Source: the human T2T-CHM13v2.0 reference genome, Homo sapiens
Assembly (NCBI RefSeq): GCF_009914755.1
Contig: NC_060940.1
Reading direction: 5' to 3' (one strand)
DNA: 64,000 nucleotides
Both the position numbers and the translations under genes were made by a program. Shown piece after piece: positions 1-12,712 of the stretch (positions are counted from its first letter, which is position 1; the number at the start of each line of letters is the position of its first letter). The notes beneath the pieces were generated by a model. It had not been told where the DNA came from and searched no databases. It saw only the letters and a program-made list of their open reading frames with translations.

Positions 1-2639
1 CCAAGTATTCCCATCAAAATGGGAGGTGCCCATAAATCAAAGTAGATTTAATCTTTCAATTCCCAGCTCTTTTGCAAGAAGCAAAGAAGAGAAAAAAATG
101 CAAGCACCTAACATTGTGTTGAATATGGAAAGAATATAGAAGTGCAGCTCTTCACTTTTTCCACCCAGCAGAGGTGGTGAACTGCAGTACCAGGGTTAAT
201 ACCCATGAATAAGATTAGACCTGAATTGTGAGGGAAATAGTAGATGCCTAGAACAGTATGTTATTTTGAAATTACATTTTCCTACTTCTTGCTTTCCTGC
301 TTCCATGGTGTGAAGGGAGCTTGTGCTTCTTGACGTGTTCCAGCTAGCTGAGACGCTCCGAGTGCGCCAAATGACTCAGTCTCTGGACTACTACCAATGT
401 TTTTTAGGATTGAATCCTGCTCTTATTTTCTAAGGAACAATGTTTAACTGGTCTCTGTGGCATGGTGTCAACTGACATCACCCTTTAATTGCAGATATGT
501 CACATTAGACTATCCCCAGTATTGAGGGAAAGATCTCAAGTCAAGTTAAACATTATGATGGAGGCTGTGGGTGCATTTTTTCACACTCCTGGTCAAGGGG
601 AGGGCCCATGTCATGAGGATAGGTATATTTTGAGCCCTCTCAATATGACCCCAAAAATGCTAATGCAAGTCCAGTTTATCAAACAGCTATATAGCAAGCC
701 AGTATGAAAATCCCTCTGGAGGGTACATCATTTTGCATTCATCTATTTTAAGTAACTCTTGTGAATCAGATAGTGCTCAAAACATATCAAGCTCAGTTCA
801 CACCAAAAAGTGGTTTTTTGAAATTTCTCTTTGTGATTATGAATGTATGTGCAATGAATTATGAGACTCAAAATAAGTATTCCCATATGATTGCTTAGGG
901 ATTTTGAAATTTAATATCTACATGAAAGATGATGAAGTCATCTGCCCAGTGGCCTCTGAGTGAGCAAGGTCCTGTGAAAAAGATCCTGCTCAAACTTGTT
1001 TTTAGTACCAGGAGACTAGAAGTGAATACAGGGAGAGCTGACCTTTGTACGGGTCCTTTATAGAACTGTTGTTCATCCAGATCTGATCTCGCACAAAGTC
1101 ACTGGTTGGCCCCAGATAAGACATTCAACCTCTCTTTTGCATGAAGAACAACACCTGACTTTATTATCTTAAAATAACGAGAGTTGGTGATCTCTCACAC
1201 TTGTGAGAACTGAGAGAGGGGATCTGCTTAAGGACCCCCAGGGAGGTCTTAGGAGGCTCTCCACTTCCTGGAGAATGAAGGTAACAAACCTGTAGGAGCC
1301 TTGAAGGAGGTGTGGAGACAAAAACACATCAACAGAAGACTTATCACAATGCTATTGGGAGTCTTTGGATTTTCCTTAAAAGAGAATTTAGTTCTCTGGC
1401 TGAGGGGTACAGATCTTCCCCCTTTATGGGCAGATATATAGAAGAATGTAGCACAGAAGCCAGCTCTAAGTAGAAAGCAAAGACGGGAAAACCAAGAAAG
1501 CAGAGTTTATGAGCTAGACATGGCATTGGGGGTATGGTGAGAATCAGATAGCAAGATGGCAGACCAGGAAGTGTCCATTTCAAGAAGGTTTTCCAAGGCA
1601 TTCACAATGCGCACTGGACTAATTTCATACAGACTCTTTACTGTGGGGTTTCTTTTCTCAGTTGTATTCTGATGCCCATGTGTTAGGTCTTTGAGTTTTA
1701 TGGGTATGGTCTTCTGTTCCTCGTATTTGACTGGTGAGCTCTGATCACCTGTGTTGTCTGCCCCATTGCAGCTCTGCAATGAAGGAGGGAGGGAGCCAGG
1801 GATAGCATGGGTATGAAGGAGCAGGGGACAATTGCTTGGATGACAACTGCAGAAGGAATGCAAGTAGAGCAAGGGTCACATAAAGCCTTTGTGATGGCCC
1901 CTTCAAAACCAGCTAATGTCAACTTTGTCAGTGCCACCCACTTAGACTAGGGACACTCCTCATAATCAGGATATCATTTAAATACATTGGACATCATGTG
2001 CTGAGAAGCTTGTCATTCGCTGTCTCCATCAGAAAAATCATTGTCCTTTCCAACATAATAATACTTGATTTCAGGCAAAATACTAGGTACTTTCCATGTA
2101 CTATTTAATATTTCCCTGACATGCTCTTTCAAAGAAGCTCAGTAAACAACCCAGTAATTTGGCCAATGCTCTCCTGGATGATCTGGCTTTGTGTCTGTTT
2201 ACAAAGATACTGGATAAGGCTAATATGTACATTGTTTAAACTAAGGTCAGATTTGCAAAGGACCTTGATATTCTAATGCTTGTGTTCTATATTTTTGTCA
2301 CTCAAGATGACTTCATATTCTAAGGCTAAAAGGAGGTATCAAGCCTGACAGGATGATCTCTGTAGAGTTCAAATAAATTGGTGAAAGAAAAAATAATTGT
2401 GATCCTCTCTGATTTAGCTGTGTTTAGTTTCATATAACCTTGCTATCTCCCTTAAGCTTAGGCGTGTTCCAGAACAGTTTTCAAAGCATGGTTTTTGTCA
2501 GCCTTACCAGGTCGAGGTCTTTGAGTGTGAGACTCTGTAAATCTAAACTTTTAACAAACACTCCCAGGAACACCTACTCACAGAAAAGTTTTAAAATCAC
2601 TGTTCAGGAGGATAACATCTTAAACTGCAGAACAAAGGG

Positions 2640-2781
2640 TCTCTTCCTCCTGCTTTCCCTCCTTCCCTCCTTCTCTCCCTCCCTCCTTCTCTCCCTCCCT
2701 CCCTCCTTTTCTCCTTCCTTTCCTCCCTCTTTCTCTTTCCCTCTCCTCTCCTTTTTCCTGTACCATGCCTTTTTTTTCTTT
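2640..2781. repeat. CT-rich polypyrimidine low-complexity tract (CCTT/CCCT units)
   Basis: Nearly pure C/T run: ctcttcctcctgctttccctccttccctcc... Confidence 0.9.
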
Positions 2782-3800
2782 TAAGTTTTAATCACTTCTT
2801 CTTTTCTCCCATATTTTCTGCCAAAGTTTACTCTTGTCCACATGCCAGTGACAACCAAGATAAGTACAATGAAATCAAATGTATTTAGGTAGTTAGATTT
2901 AATTACATGATGAAAAATGAATTCACCAGGCTTTCTTTCAGGAAGAACAAGTTATTTAGAAAACTTTCTTGGCAAGTACTTAGGATATGAGCTGAGGCCT
3001 CTAGGGGCTTGATATGAACAGCAAGGCTCTGTAGGGGGCAGACAGGAATGTGTTTATTGCTCCTGAGCTGAGGAGGAGAGATAGGGAGGTTGAGGCCCAG
3101 GAAGTGGGAGAGGACCAGAAACATCAACTGGGAGGGGCTTATAAACCACAATGTGGCTATTCCCAGCACTCTCTCAAAATTTAAATAAAGTATATCAAAA
3201 GGCTTATAAGATCTACATTAGTGGAGATTTTGAGTCATGCAATGAAAGCTGAATTTTGTATCCAGGTTGGTAGGAGAGAAAAAGAAAATTCAGGGAGGCA
3301 CAAAGAAGCAAGCGGGAGTGAACCTCAGGAACCCAGGGATTTCTGGGAAATCCCGGGGAGGGCTTCAGCTTGCTTGCCCCAAGCCATGAAATTGGGGTCT
3401 AAGCCAAGTTGAAAGATCTCTTAGGAATTGAGTGGCTGCATAATTTGTCAGAAAATCAGGACACTTTTGAGAGTTAAAGGGCACGTTTGAAATAATCATT
3501 TAAGGACAATAGGCATACACAGGGGAAAATGGCCATTCTCTCTAGAAAGGCCTTTGATATTTTGGGTTCATAGGAAAAAGGAGAGAAAAGGTTTGTGGAG
3601 GTGATTTTGAAGGTTTCTCCTAGACTGGGCTCAGGCTGGTAGGGACAGAGGTGAAGTGAAAGCAATTCGACAGGAGCTGGAGAAGCTCAGGAAATGAATC
3701 ACAGATGTCTCCACTTCTGTGAGAAGATTAATTTTCATGTGCTTAGGTAAAAGATGACAGCAAATTAAGTTTTGATAGGAGTTGAAAGATACCCAGGTAA

Positions 3801-4706
3801 AGAATCTACAATGAACTCAAACAAATTTACAAGAAAAAAACAAACAACCCCATCAAAAAGTGGGCGAAGGATATGGACAGACACTTCTCAAAAGAAGACA
3901 TTTATGCAGCCAAAAGACACATGAAAAAATGCTCATCATCACTGGCCATCAGAGAAAAGCAAATCAAAACCACAGTGAGATACCATCTCACACCAGTTAG
4001 AATGGCGATCATTAAAAAGTCAGGAAACAACAGGTGCTGGAGAGGATGTGGAGAAATAGGAACACTTTTACACTGTTGGTGGGACTGTAAACTAGTTCAA
4101 CCATTGTGGAAGTCAGTGTGGCGATTCCTCAGGGATCTAGAACTAGAAATACCATTTGACCCAGCCATCCCATTACTGGGTATATACCCAAAGGACTATA
4201 AATCATGCTGCTATAAAGACACATGCACACGTATGTTTATTGCGGCACTAATCACAATAGCAAAGACTTGGAACCAACCCAAATGTCCAATAATGATAGA
4301 CTGGATTAAGAAAATGTGGCACATATACACCATGAAATACTATGCAGCCATAAAAAATGATGAGTTTATGTCCTTTGTAGGGACATGGATGAAATTAGAA
4401 ATCATCATTCTCAGTAAACTATCGCAGGGACAAAAAACCAAACACCGCATGTTCTCACTCATAGATGGGAAATGAACAATGAGAACACACGGACACAGGA
4501 AGGGGAACATCATACTCTGGGGACTGTTGTGCGGTGGGGTGCGGGGGGAGGGATAGCATTAGGAGATATACCTAATGCTAAATGACGAGTTAATGGGTGC
4601 AGCACACCAGCATGGCACATGTATACATATGTAACTAACCTGCACATTGTGCACATGTACCCTAAAACTTAAAGTATAATAATAATAAAAAATAAAAATT
4701 AAAAAA
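3801..4706 (+). mobile_element. 5'-truncated LINE-1, L1PA3-like 3' end with poly(A) tail and 17-bp target-site duplication (TSD)
   Basis: ORF2 3' end plus 3'UTR (gcattaggagatatacctaatgctaaatgacgagttaatgggtgcagcacaccagc, not the L1HS ACA type). A-rich tail. TSD AAAGATACCCAGGTAAA at 3785-3801 and 4707-4723. Confidence 0.97.
3873..4475 (+). pseudogene. Remnant of the L1 ORF2p C-terminal cysteine-rich domain (non-functional; no ORF1, endonuclease or RT)
   Basis: Translation [27 protein letters not shown]...[14 protein letters not shown] is the canonical ORF2p C-terminus. It ends SLIDGK instead of SLIGGN. Confidence 0.93.
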
Positions 4707-4734
4707 AAAGATACCCAGGTAAATTACCAAAAGT

Positions 4735-4953
4735 GACAAAATAAAGAAAAAAAAGGACAAAAGAAAGAAGGAAGAAGGGAGTAAGACAATAAGGACAAAA
4801 GAAAGAAGGAAGAAGGGAGTAAGAAAAGAAGGACAAAAGAAATGAAGGGAGGAAGGCAGGAAGAGAAGGAGGGAGGGAGAGAGGGAGGAAGGAAGGAAGG
4901 AGGGAAGGAAGGAGGGAGGGAGGGAAGGAAGGAAGGAAGGAAGGAAGGAAGGG
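4735..4953. repeat. Polypurine tract: 38-bp-period tandem copies followed by (GGAA/GGGA)n microsatellite
   Basis: aaggacaaaagaaagaaggaagaagggagtaaga at 4753-4786 and 4791-4824, partial third copy at 4829. (GGAA)7 at 4923-4950. Confidence 0.9.
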
Positions 4954-6554
4954 TAGTTTGAGGCTGTTTGTTCCTGGCTGTTTTTCTGGGTAAACTGACC
5001 ACAGAATTCAAAACTTTGATTTGAGTGATGCATCACAGAACTAAGACATGGCTGTCAAACAACTGCTCAACTAAATGGTACGCAGTGTGGTAACGTGAAA
5101 AGAGATGAGGCTTTGAAATCAGCGAAACCTACCCTGCAATCCCAGGGAAACAAGACGGTAGCAAAACAGAGTTGACTGTGTGGAAGAACAGTTTCTCAAG
5201 GCGAGTCACAGTTTCTAAAAACACCCTCTCCTTTTGCTTTCTACCACAAATCCATTTTTTAAAAACCCTGTCTATTGTTGCATCATGTAAAGACAGTCAA
5301 ACAATATCACAAAATTTTCAGGATTTCTTTGTAATGGGTTTCCTTCCACTGTAAGCTTTATGGCACATAAAGATTTCAGTGTAGGGGTTACAGAGGTTTC
5401 TAAGAAATAGACAGTTATTCTCCAAGTAGCTGAAGCTGAAGTTCAAGGGAAGATCCTGTGATCTCTTGGTAGGAGAGATGGCACAGATACGGAAGATGCT
5501 ATATACAGAAAATCATCACCAACAACATCAAAAAACCCAAAGCATTCAAGCAGGAAAGACATATCAAATGTCACAGGAGAGAATGTTCCAGGCTTGAGAG
5601 GTTGATTTGCAGTTGCACTTCTCACACGGGCAAGTTGATGGAGCACTTTCCTGGGGTATGTTTATCTGGACTAACACAGGGAAGGCAGCTGGTCTAAATT
5701 AGATCACATGTGCAGAGGCCTTGCAATGGCGTGTACATATGAGGGGGAGGTGGGGAAGCATGCGATGGGTAAATCAAGTGAAGACAGGGCCAACGGCCAC
5801 AGTGGGTCACTACCGAGCAGGGTAACCACTTGTTGAAGCCACCAGACTTGAGCAACAGTGATGTATAAGTGTCAGGACTAAAACTGCCCTTCAAGTCCTT
5901 GCCTAGGTCTTGTCAAAGCTGGAAGCTCTATCATTTCAGATCTGCAAGCAGTTTTCTGCTGAAAACATGACTACCCCTTTAGGGACATAGTACCCTATTT
6001 TCTCATCTGAGAAAAATTACCTGGATAGGCCCTTTGGTGGTGCACATAGGAAAAACCAGCATTGTCCAGGGTCCTTGGGGAAAACCTGTAAGGAGTCATG
6101 AAATTGAATACACATTTTTAGAAGTTTGGTAACTTAAAATGGACTGTTTGGCTGAGCCATAGCTCTGTTTTCATTATCAATATTTTGTGGTGGAACAGAA
6201 GTGGAATTTTTTTTTTCCATTGAGATTCCATTTGCACTGTGCCTGTGAACCAGGGCTTGTCCTTGGTGGTATTAGTGTGTTTCTGTTATAATGTATAAGG
6301 CAGAAGATGGCTGGTGAATGCTCCTGTCATCTTGAAAAGGCATGGTGAAAAACAGAAAGTCGACCATCCTGGTCAAAGACCACCCTAAACCATTGTGTTG
6401 ATAATCTATGGGCAGAGTTCTTGAACATTTAACGGCTCAGGCTTGGAGAACTGCCTGGATGTCAGACAAGTGCATTCTGACCACCTATTTAGCGTTATGT
6501 GTGTATGTGTGGGTGGCAGGTGAGGACGATGGGGGAGGAGACGTGTTTTCTTGA

Positions 6555-6600
6555 AGACAATGGAAATCCCCATTGTCTATCATCCAGGATTGACGTCAAT
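6555..6600. promoter_or_regulatory. Candidate enhancer motif cluster (NF-kB site within an inverted SOX-like pair, plus a full CRE)
   Basis: GGAAATCCCC at 6562-6571. agacaatgg/ccattgtct inverted repeat at 6555-6563 and 6570-6578. ATTGACGTCAAT palindrome at 6589-6600. Confidence 0.35.
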
Positions 6601-7221
6601 ACTAGGAGAGATAGAAAGCTGGCCTTAAACATGATGCAGGAAGCACAGTTCCCTGCCTCTGCATCCCATGGTGAGTAGGCATGGACTCTGGGACTAAGAC
6701 ATGCTTGAGATTATTTCCTAGAGAGAGAAGCTGCTCTCCCTGCATGGAGAAGTTTAGAATGCACATAGCGAGGCAGCTCTGTGAAGACCTCATGAGGAAG
6801 GGTCTAGGCCTAGGGTGGGGGTGTTCTAAACAGGCTCACCGTGAGTTGCAAAAATGGATAGGTTCTTGTTTCCTTTCATTTACAGCCCCAGATACAGTCA
6901 AATATTCCTAAAAACAAAACGCAACTCAACCAAGCAACATCAACAGCAAAGTTCTAACTTTATGCGGAGGAGGCTTTGAAGGGAAGGGAGGGCAGCTCCC
7001 CAAAACCTAACCCCAGAGTTCATCCTCGTGGGATGAGCACCCACCTGAGAAGGGTGAGCAGAGGTCTCAGCAGAGTGTGAGAGAAAGGAGGACGGGGCAG
7101 GAGCCACACAGATGCCAGAGAAGGTTTAGGGCACCGCCACTTTCGACATACTAAGGAAGAGAGAGAACCTAGCAAGCGTGGGGAGCTACAGCAGCCCGGC
7201 AGGCGAGGTGTTGTCACTCAC

Positions 7222-7353
7222 GTCCAGTTTCTAGCTCGGTGACCTCCTTTGGACTTCTAAGTTGGTGCAGTTAATGCAACATACAAATTACAGCAACAAC
7301 CATCGTGATGATGTAAAATAATGATATGATAACAGTAATACCATGATTGCCGT
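7222..7353 (-). other. Candidate 132-nt internal exon (probably non-coding)
   Basis: Minus strand: tcttttgttttttgttttaaag|ACGGC...CTGGAC|gtgagt. All three frames contain stops. Confidence 0.3.
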
Positions 7354-7868
7354 CTTTAAAACAAAAAACAAAAGACGTGCTGCTCATAAAATCTTGAACA
7401 ATTGTAAAATGCTTTTCTCACTCTTCCCCTCCTATCCTTCTGAGCTGACTGTTCCCTGTAAATGAGTCATTTCAATAGGAATGTTAATGTATTTGACATG
7501 TGTCAACATCACCCTGAAAAAAAGAAGATGTTGGATTGTTTTACTGGCACACACAGTGCAAAGAGAACTGACAATGTGTGTATTTGTCTGGGCCTTACAC
7601 TTATGAGGCATATATAAATCTAACATCTCACGGAATCTTTCCGTCAGCCCAGGAGTCCACTCACCACCTACGTTCCTGCTGTCTCTCCTTAGAGTTAAAA
7701 ATGTGCTCTTCATAGACTTGGTGTTCCTTCTTAAATCAGAAACATTGATGGAGGCTTTACTGTATGCACTAGGTATTGACAATATGAGAATAAAGTATCT
7801 ACCGCAACATGTGAAGATAGTAATATAGAGACAACACATACTAATGCACTTGAAAATGTACTTTGCTT

Positions 7869-8179
7869 GGCTGGGCGCAGTGGCTCACGTCTGTAATCCC
7901 AGCACTTTGGGAGGCTAAGGCGGGTGGATCACGAGGTCAGGAGTTCAAGACCAGCCTGGCCAAGATAGCGAAACCACGTCTCTACTAAAAATACAAAAAT
8001 TAGTCAGGCGTGGTAGCGGGCACCTATAATTCCAGCTACTCAGAGGGCTGAGGCAGGAGAATTGCTTGAACCTGGGAGGCGGACATTGCAGTGAGCTGAG
8101 ATCGTGCCACTGCACTCCACCCTGGGCGACAGAGTGAGACTCCATCTCAAAAAAAAAAAAAAAAAGGAAAAAAAAGAAA
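7869..8179 (+). mobile_element. Full-length AluS (AluSg-like)
   Basis: Dimeric Alu with ggatcacgaggtcaggagttc. A tail. TSD AAAATGTACTTTGCT at 7853-7867 and 8180-8194. Confidence 0.97.
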
Positions 8180-8254
8180 AAAATGTACTTTGCTCTTCGG
8201 TAACTTTGATTTTAGGTAACAAGTATAAAAATTACATACAATGGCACTGGTCGT

Positions 8255-8650
8255 ACCTGTGTGCTGGCTGTATACTGACTATTTTTAGACCTATTCCTTG
8301 GGAAAACTGAATCCTGAAAACTATATTTCCCCCATTCCTTTAGGAACTGGCTCCTGATTGGCTTTAGCCAATGGGAACCACTGGTTGCAGTGGGAATGTG
8401 AGAGAAAGAGAGTAGTCAGGATATTTTTCCTTTTCTTGTTATGCTCTGATCAGCATCTCCAGCAAATGCTTGTCTCTCCTCCAGAATTCCAGCTCCACCC
8501 AGAAAGCCTCTATCATCCAAGCTGCTGCCACACAGCTCTGGCTTTTGAGTTTTGAGGAAGACACATCCTTTTGTCTCTCCAGCCCTAGGAGAATCTAGCT
8601 GCTGCAAATCTGTGGGTTGCTTCCTCATACCCTTTAATGTCTTTGTACCT
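8255..8650 (-). mobile_element. Old ERVL-class LTR fragment (LTR33/LTR16-like)
   Basis: ctggctcctgattggctttagccaatggg...ccagccctagg motifs resemble the LTR16/33 families. Boundaries approximate. Confidence 0.5.
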
Positions 8651-10074
8651 TATGATATGGTTTCCCATATTGAATGTTTGCCATTGAGCTCCTAGGCTTT
8701 GATTCTTCTTCTGGCTGGAACATAACTAATCTAGAATATCTAGAACATTCCAAACAGCAATACACATGTAGGAGTGAAATGTCAGTGTGCTGTTATCTAA
8801 CTGGCTGGTGCCTTTTCAGTTTGTTTCCTGCTGGCCTGAAAAACATTCTGAAAATTGCATGGACCCATACGTATTGTTCCACTCAAGCTTTCTGGGTGTA
8901 AGTTTTCTGATAATATTGTCGGCATATGTATGAGTGATCCTTGATATAAACAAAAAATAAATCAACTGAGGGATATACAGTCTGAAGGTTGGAGGTAGCT
9001 GAGAAAAAGCTTTCCAGATGACTCTGAACTTAGGTGGGGAGAAGCTTGTTGAAACCAAAAAGAGATGGCAAATCTCAGTAGAGTAATTGGCTTCTCTCTC
9101 AGATCACCCCCACGGGCTTTATCTAGCTGGGGTATTTTTTTCTTCCTGTATAAAACAGGCTGTTTTGCTCCCAAGTCACATGGAAGCTTGGTAAGATGCT
9201 TGGATTTCACGTTCCCTTGTTCACCAGACTTGTTATATTTGAGAGAGAATTTGGTCTTGTCCTTGAGGACTTTGCTATAGAAGACATGAGGCCTGGCTTT
9301 TCTGGAACTTCCAGACAAGTTGCACAAAGGCAGTAATGACTCCCAGGTTGAAAGGATAGGAGGCTGCAGGTCTCAGTGCTGGGTGCCCAGGACACACACA
9401 GACACACAGTCTACTGTGCTCAAAGAAACAGTAAGGTGAAATCAATCAAGGCTTCATGGTGAAGACTTGAGTTTGTCAGATGCTAGCAGGAGTGAGACAG
9501 ACTCAAACTTGGCCAAGAAAATTAGCAATGGGCGTACCTCATAAAACATTTAAGTTCAGGCTCATCTCAATTAAGCCTCCCAGAGCCTCAGGTGTTTGTC
9601 CAAAGCTTACCTGGGCCTGAACTCCTGGAACCAAGTAAGTTTGCTGGGGCCGGCAAGAACATGCTTCCCCATGAGAAACTTGGCAATAAGAACCCCCTCT
9701 CCTCATTCTCATACCCAGTCTAAAAAGAACCATGTGAAAACTATGAAAAGCAGGTTTCAAACATTTCTAAGCTATGAAAAATTTGGATTTAATTTTAACC
9801 AGCTATATCCAAGTCTGATGTAAAAACTCAAAAGTTATCTCTCTGTCCCAGGTGAAGCTGTTACTTCTACAATATGGAATCATAATCTCTCCTTTAGACA
9901 AACAATCAGTGATGGGCATTGCCTAAAATGTTGTCCTCTCTTTCCTGAACTCTGGGCTGAAAACTGGATTGGTGTAAGCTAGATTTGGGGGTCACATCCG
10001 GTCAAATGAAGTTAGTTTCCTCTTACTTCCTATAGTCATTAAAAGTCTTTATCTAATATTTTAATAACAATGAT

Positions 10075-10322
10075 AATGACAATAATTATTGACATTAATG
10101 GAACCCTTACTCTATGCTGGGCATCACGCTAAGCATTTTACAAGTGATTATCTCGTTTCATCCTACACTTTGGGTGGGTACTGTGATTATCTACCTACAT
10201 GGTAGAGACAAGAGAAACAGGTTCTGGGAAGCTACATTACTTGTCTGAATTCTCTCAGTTATTAAATGGCAGGAATTAAACTTGGGTCTGTGGTTCCAGA
10301 GCTCATGCTTCTAAGCACTTCG
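10075..10322 (-). mobile_element. MIR SINE
   Basis: ttactctatgctgggcatcacgctaagcattttaca...ccagagctcatgcttctaagcact matches the reverse-strand MIR. Confidence 0.75.
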
Positions 10323-11020
10323 CTGGGTGAATCTCTGTTGAGATACTTTTCATGAGAAGGAACAAAGCTATCTAAATAAATTATTCTGTTAATAAGATAA
10401 TGGGCATGAAAATGCTGCGAGAACTGCAAAGTCTCATAAAGGTTAAGAATTAATTATTACAAGGAAATTCTATAGCGTGGGAGGAACACCAGAAAAGGGA
10501 AAGCAGAAAGAATATTGATCATGAAATTAAAAGACCCGTATCTCAGAAGCATATCAGTGTAATGATTATGAATTTATAAAACTTAAGTATTCAAGGCCTG
10601 CAAGGAAGAAATATGGTGAAACAGAGAAAAACATTAATTTGTGGGGAGCTATGAAAATGAAGATAAATATTTTCTTTCTTTGATTCTGATTTCAGTGAGA
10701 TCATTTGTACAAATCTTGAAACCAAAGCACAGCCTGTATGAACCCATGTTGAACCCTGGACTTTCAGGACTACTGTATGGCTAACCACAGCCCTGCAAGG
10801 CCAGGCTCAGCATGTCACAGTTTTGCCACTGAACAAGAATCTTTCGAAGGATCGCAAATACTACATGGAAAATGACTGTATTCTTTCTGCAAGGCCACTC
10901 TCTTAGACATCACCCTAACAAAAACAATTACGGGTTGGAAGAGGAGAAAGGATGCAAAGTTTGTGCCTTGACCTAAAAAAGGTCATGAGCACCTCTACCG
11001 GTTCTTGGAAACATTAGTTG

Positions 11021-11215
11021 CAGTGGATCTCAAATTCTATTGCGCAAAAGAACGACCTGGTGACCCTCTAAAAGTGTAGATTCTCTGGTTTCACCCCTAG
11101 ACCTTGTGACTCACATGTCCAGTGAGGCCAGGAACTCCTCACTGTTAACCTGTGCCCTATTTTAACAAGCCCTGCTGGGAGTCGGGATGTTGGGGGTCCC
11201 CACACCACACTGAAA
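11021..11215. mobile_element. MER5-family hAT-Charlie DNA transposon relic
   Basis: cagtggatctcaaa...gtagattctctggtttcacccctagacc...ttttaacaagccc. Confidence 0.55.
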
Positions 11216-11409
11216 TAGAGGAATTCCCTGCTCAAAGATCCCGTTATGTCCTGATTACAATCTGCAATGAGATTATGAAATCATTAAATCATGATTAAGC
11301 CAATGTGGAGATTGATATGTGTTGTATGAAGCTATTACTGATTGGGTTTGTTCTTAGAAAACTAGACTTTCAGAACAGTGGCCAGGGTGAATTTGGGGCA
11401 GGACCCTAT

Positions 11410-11610
11410 ACCCAGCCCTGTGCGAGAACTTTTATCTATAGTCTCATTTCATACTTAAAATAACTTAGGGAGATTAGTGTTACTTTGCAGGTGAGGGAAC
11501 TAAGGATTAGGACAGCAGTTAAAATACCTTCAGTGAGGTCACATGGCTAAGAAGTACTGAAATCAGGATTCTAAATCAACATATATATTTGACCCTTTTC
11601 AGTATACCAT
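11410..11610 (-). mobile_element. MIR SINE
   Basis: ctttgcaggtgagggaactaagg...ggtcacatggctaagaagt MIR core. Confidence 0.65.
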
Positions 11611-12289
11611 GCAACATCTAAACTCCTGCCTTCAAGCAAAACGTGTCACGGGTCGATTGTGATTGGAGCAACAGTCATTCAGGGGAGAACTTGGACATTG
11701 TGGATGAATTGACTAAATTCTCATTGCCTCAGTCAGCCCTTGGTACCTACTGGTCTTACGTTGGGAATTTATATCCTAAGGACTTAGTCTTTTTCCTAGT
11801 GGAATCGCAGGGTTCAGAGCTTCTACTCTGGGGTCATCGATCCTATCTTTCTACTGCTGGGGTAGCCTCTTACTCTACTTCCCCATTTGGGACTGAAACT
11901 AATGGCTGTCATTAAGCAGCCCCCATGACAAAGGATAAGCTTAATATATCCTGTATCCTGGTCTCGATTTGTCATAGTTATAAAAATGGGGAAAGCTTAG
12001 CCTTCCTGCAATTACAATTATTCTTCTAAAATATTTTAAGAATATTTAATTTTTATGATGACAAAAAGAGCAAAGAGTGAAATATAGCAAATAAACCACT
12101 AAGTACATAGTATGTCAAGTGGTGAACATTGGTGTGGAGAGGAATAAGCAGGGCAAGAAAGATAAGGAGCGGAGAAAAACTAATGTGTATTTAATATATA
12201 TATTAGTTATGCACACATACTTATCAATCTATATTAATATGTAGATACTTTAGAAAACATTGAACACCGTTTAAAAATATTACCCCTAG

Positions 12290-12712
12290 TTCTGCTACAT
12301 ACAGATAAACACTGTTAACAGTTTGGCCTATTTCCTTTTGGGTTTTTTTTTCCCTATATTAAATTGGGATTATATCCAATTCGCTTTCATAAGGTAAGCT
12401 GCATTTTTTACTTAGCATGTCATAATCATTATTCCATGTCATTAACATTGCTTTGAAAACATAATTTTATATTTAAAGGTTTGCTAAGTACCATTGTAGG
12501 AAGGCACTGAAATTGATTAAGTAATTTCCTCTGTTGTGGGACATTTAGATTATTTGTCATTTTTTCACCCACATAAATATCCCACGGATGTACTTTCTTA
12601 CGTATAAATCTTTATGTGTATATCTAAACATTTTCTTGGAATAAATCTGTGTTTTTGAGTCTGTTCCCCCAGGCTCTTGATGTATGTTGCCAAATTACCC
12701 CCCAGAAACAGG
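12290..12712 (-). mobile_element. Ancient L1 (L1ME-like) fragment
   Basis: ttttacttagcat...ggacatttagattattt...gttgccaaattaccccccagaaa, typical of antisense L1ME. Confidence 0.6.

Noticed and set aside
1507-1872. 121-aa minus-strand ORF as a coding exon or retroviral remnant
   Set aside because: No recognisable domain or motif, a non-ATG start, and no frame continuity with other candidate exons.
3873-4475. 200-aa ORF as a functional gene
   Set aside because: It is the tail of a 5'-truncated L1 ORF2 with no promoter, endonuclease or RT domain.
4724-4953. L1 3' transduction
   Set aside because: The purine-rich sequence lies outside the second TSD copy (4707-4723), so it was not mobilised with the L1.
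7945-8310. Alu-derived ORFs (also 23209-23499, 39530-39773, 44786-45022, 46325-46937, 51414-51788, 58376-58926)
   Set aside because: They are typical Alu translation artefacts (e.g. [18 protein letters not shown]).
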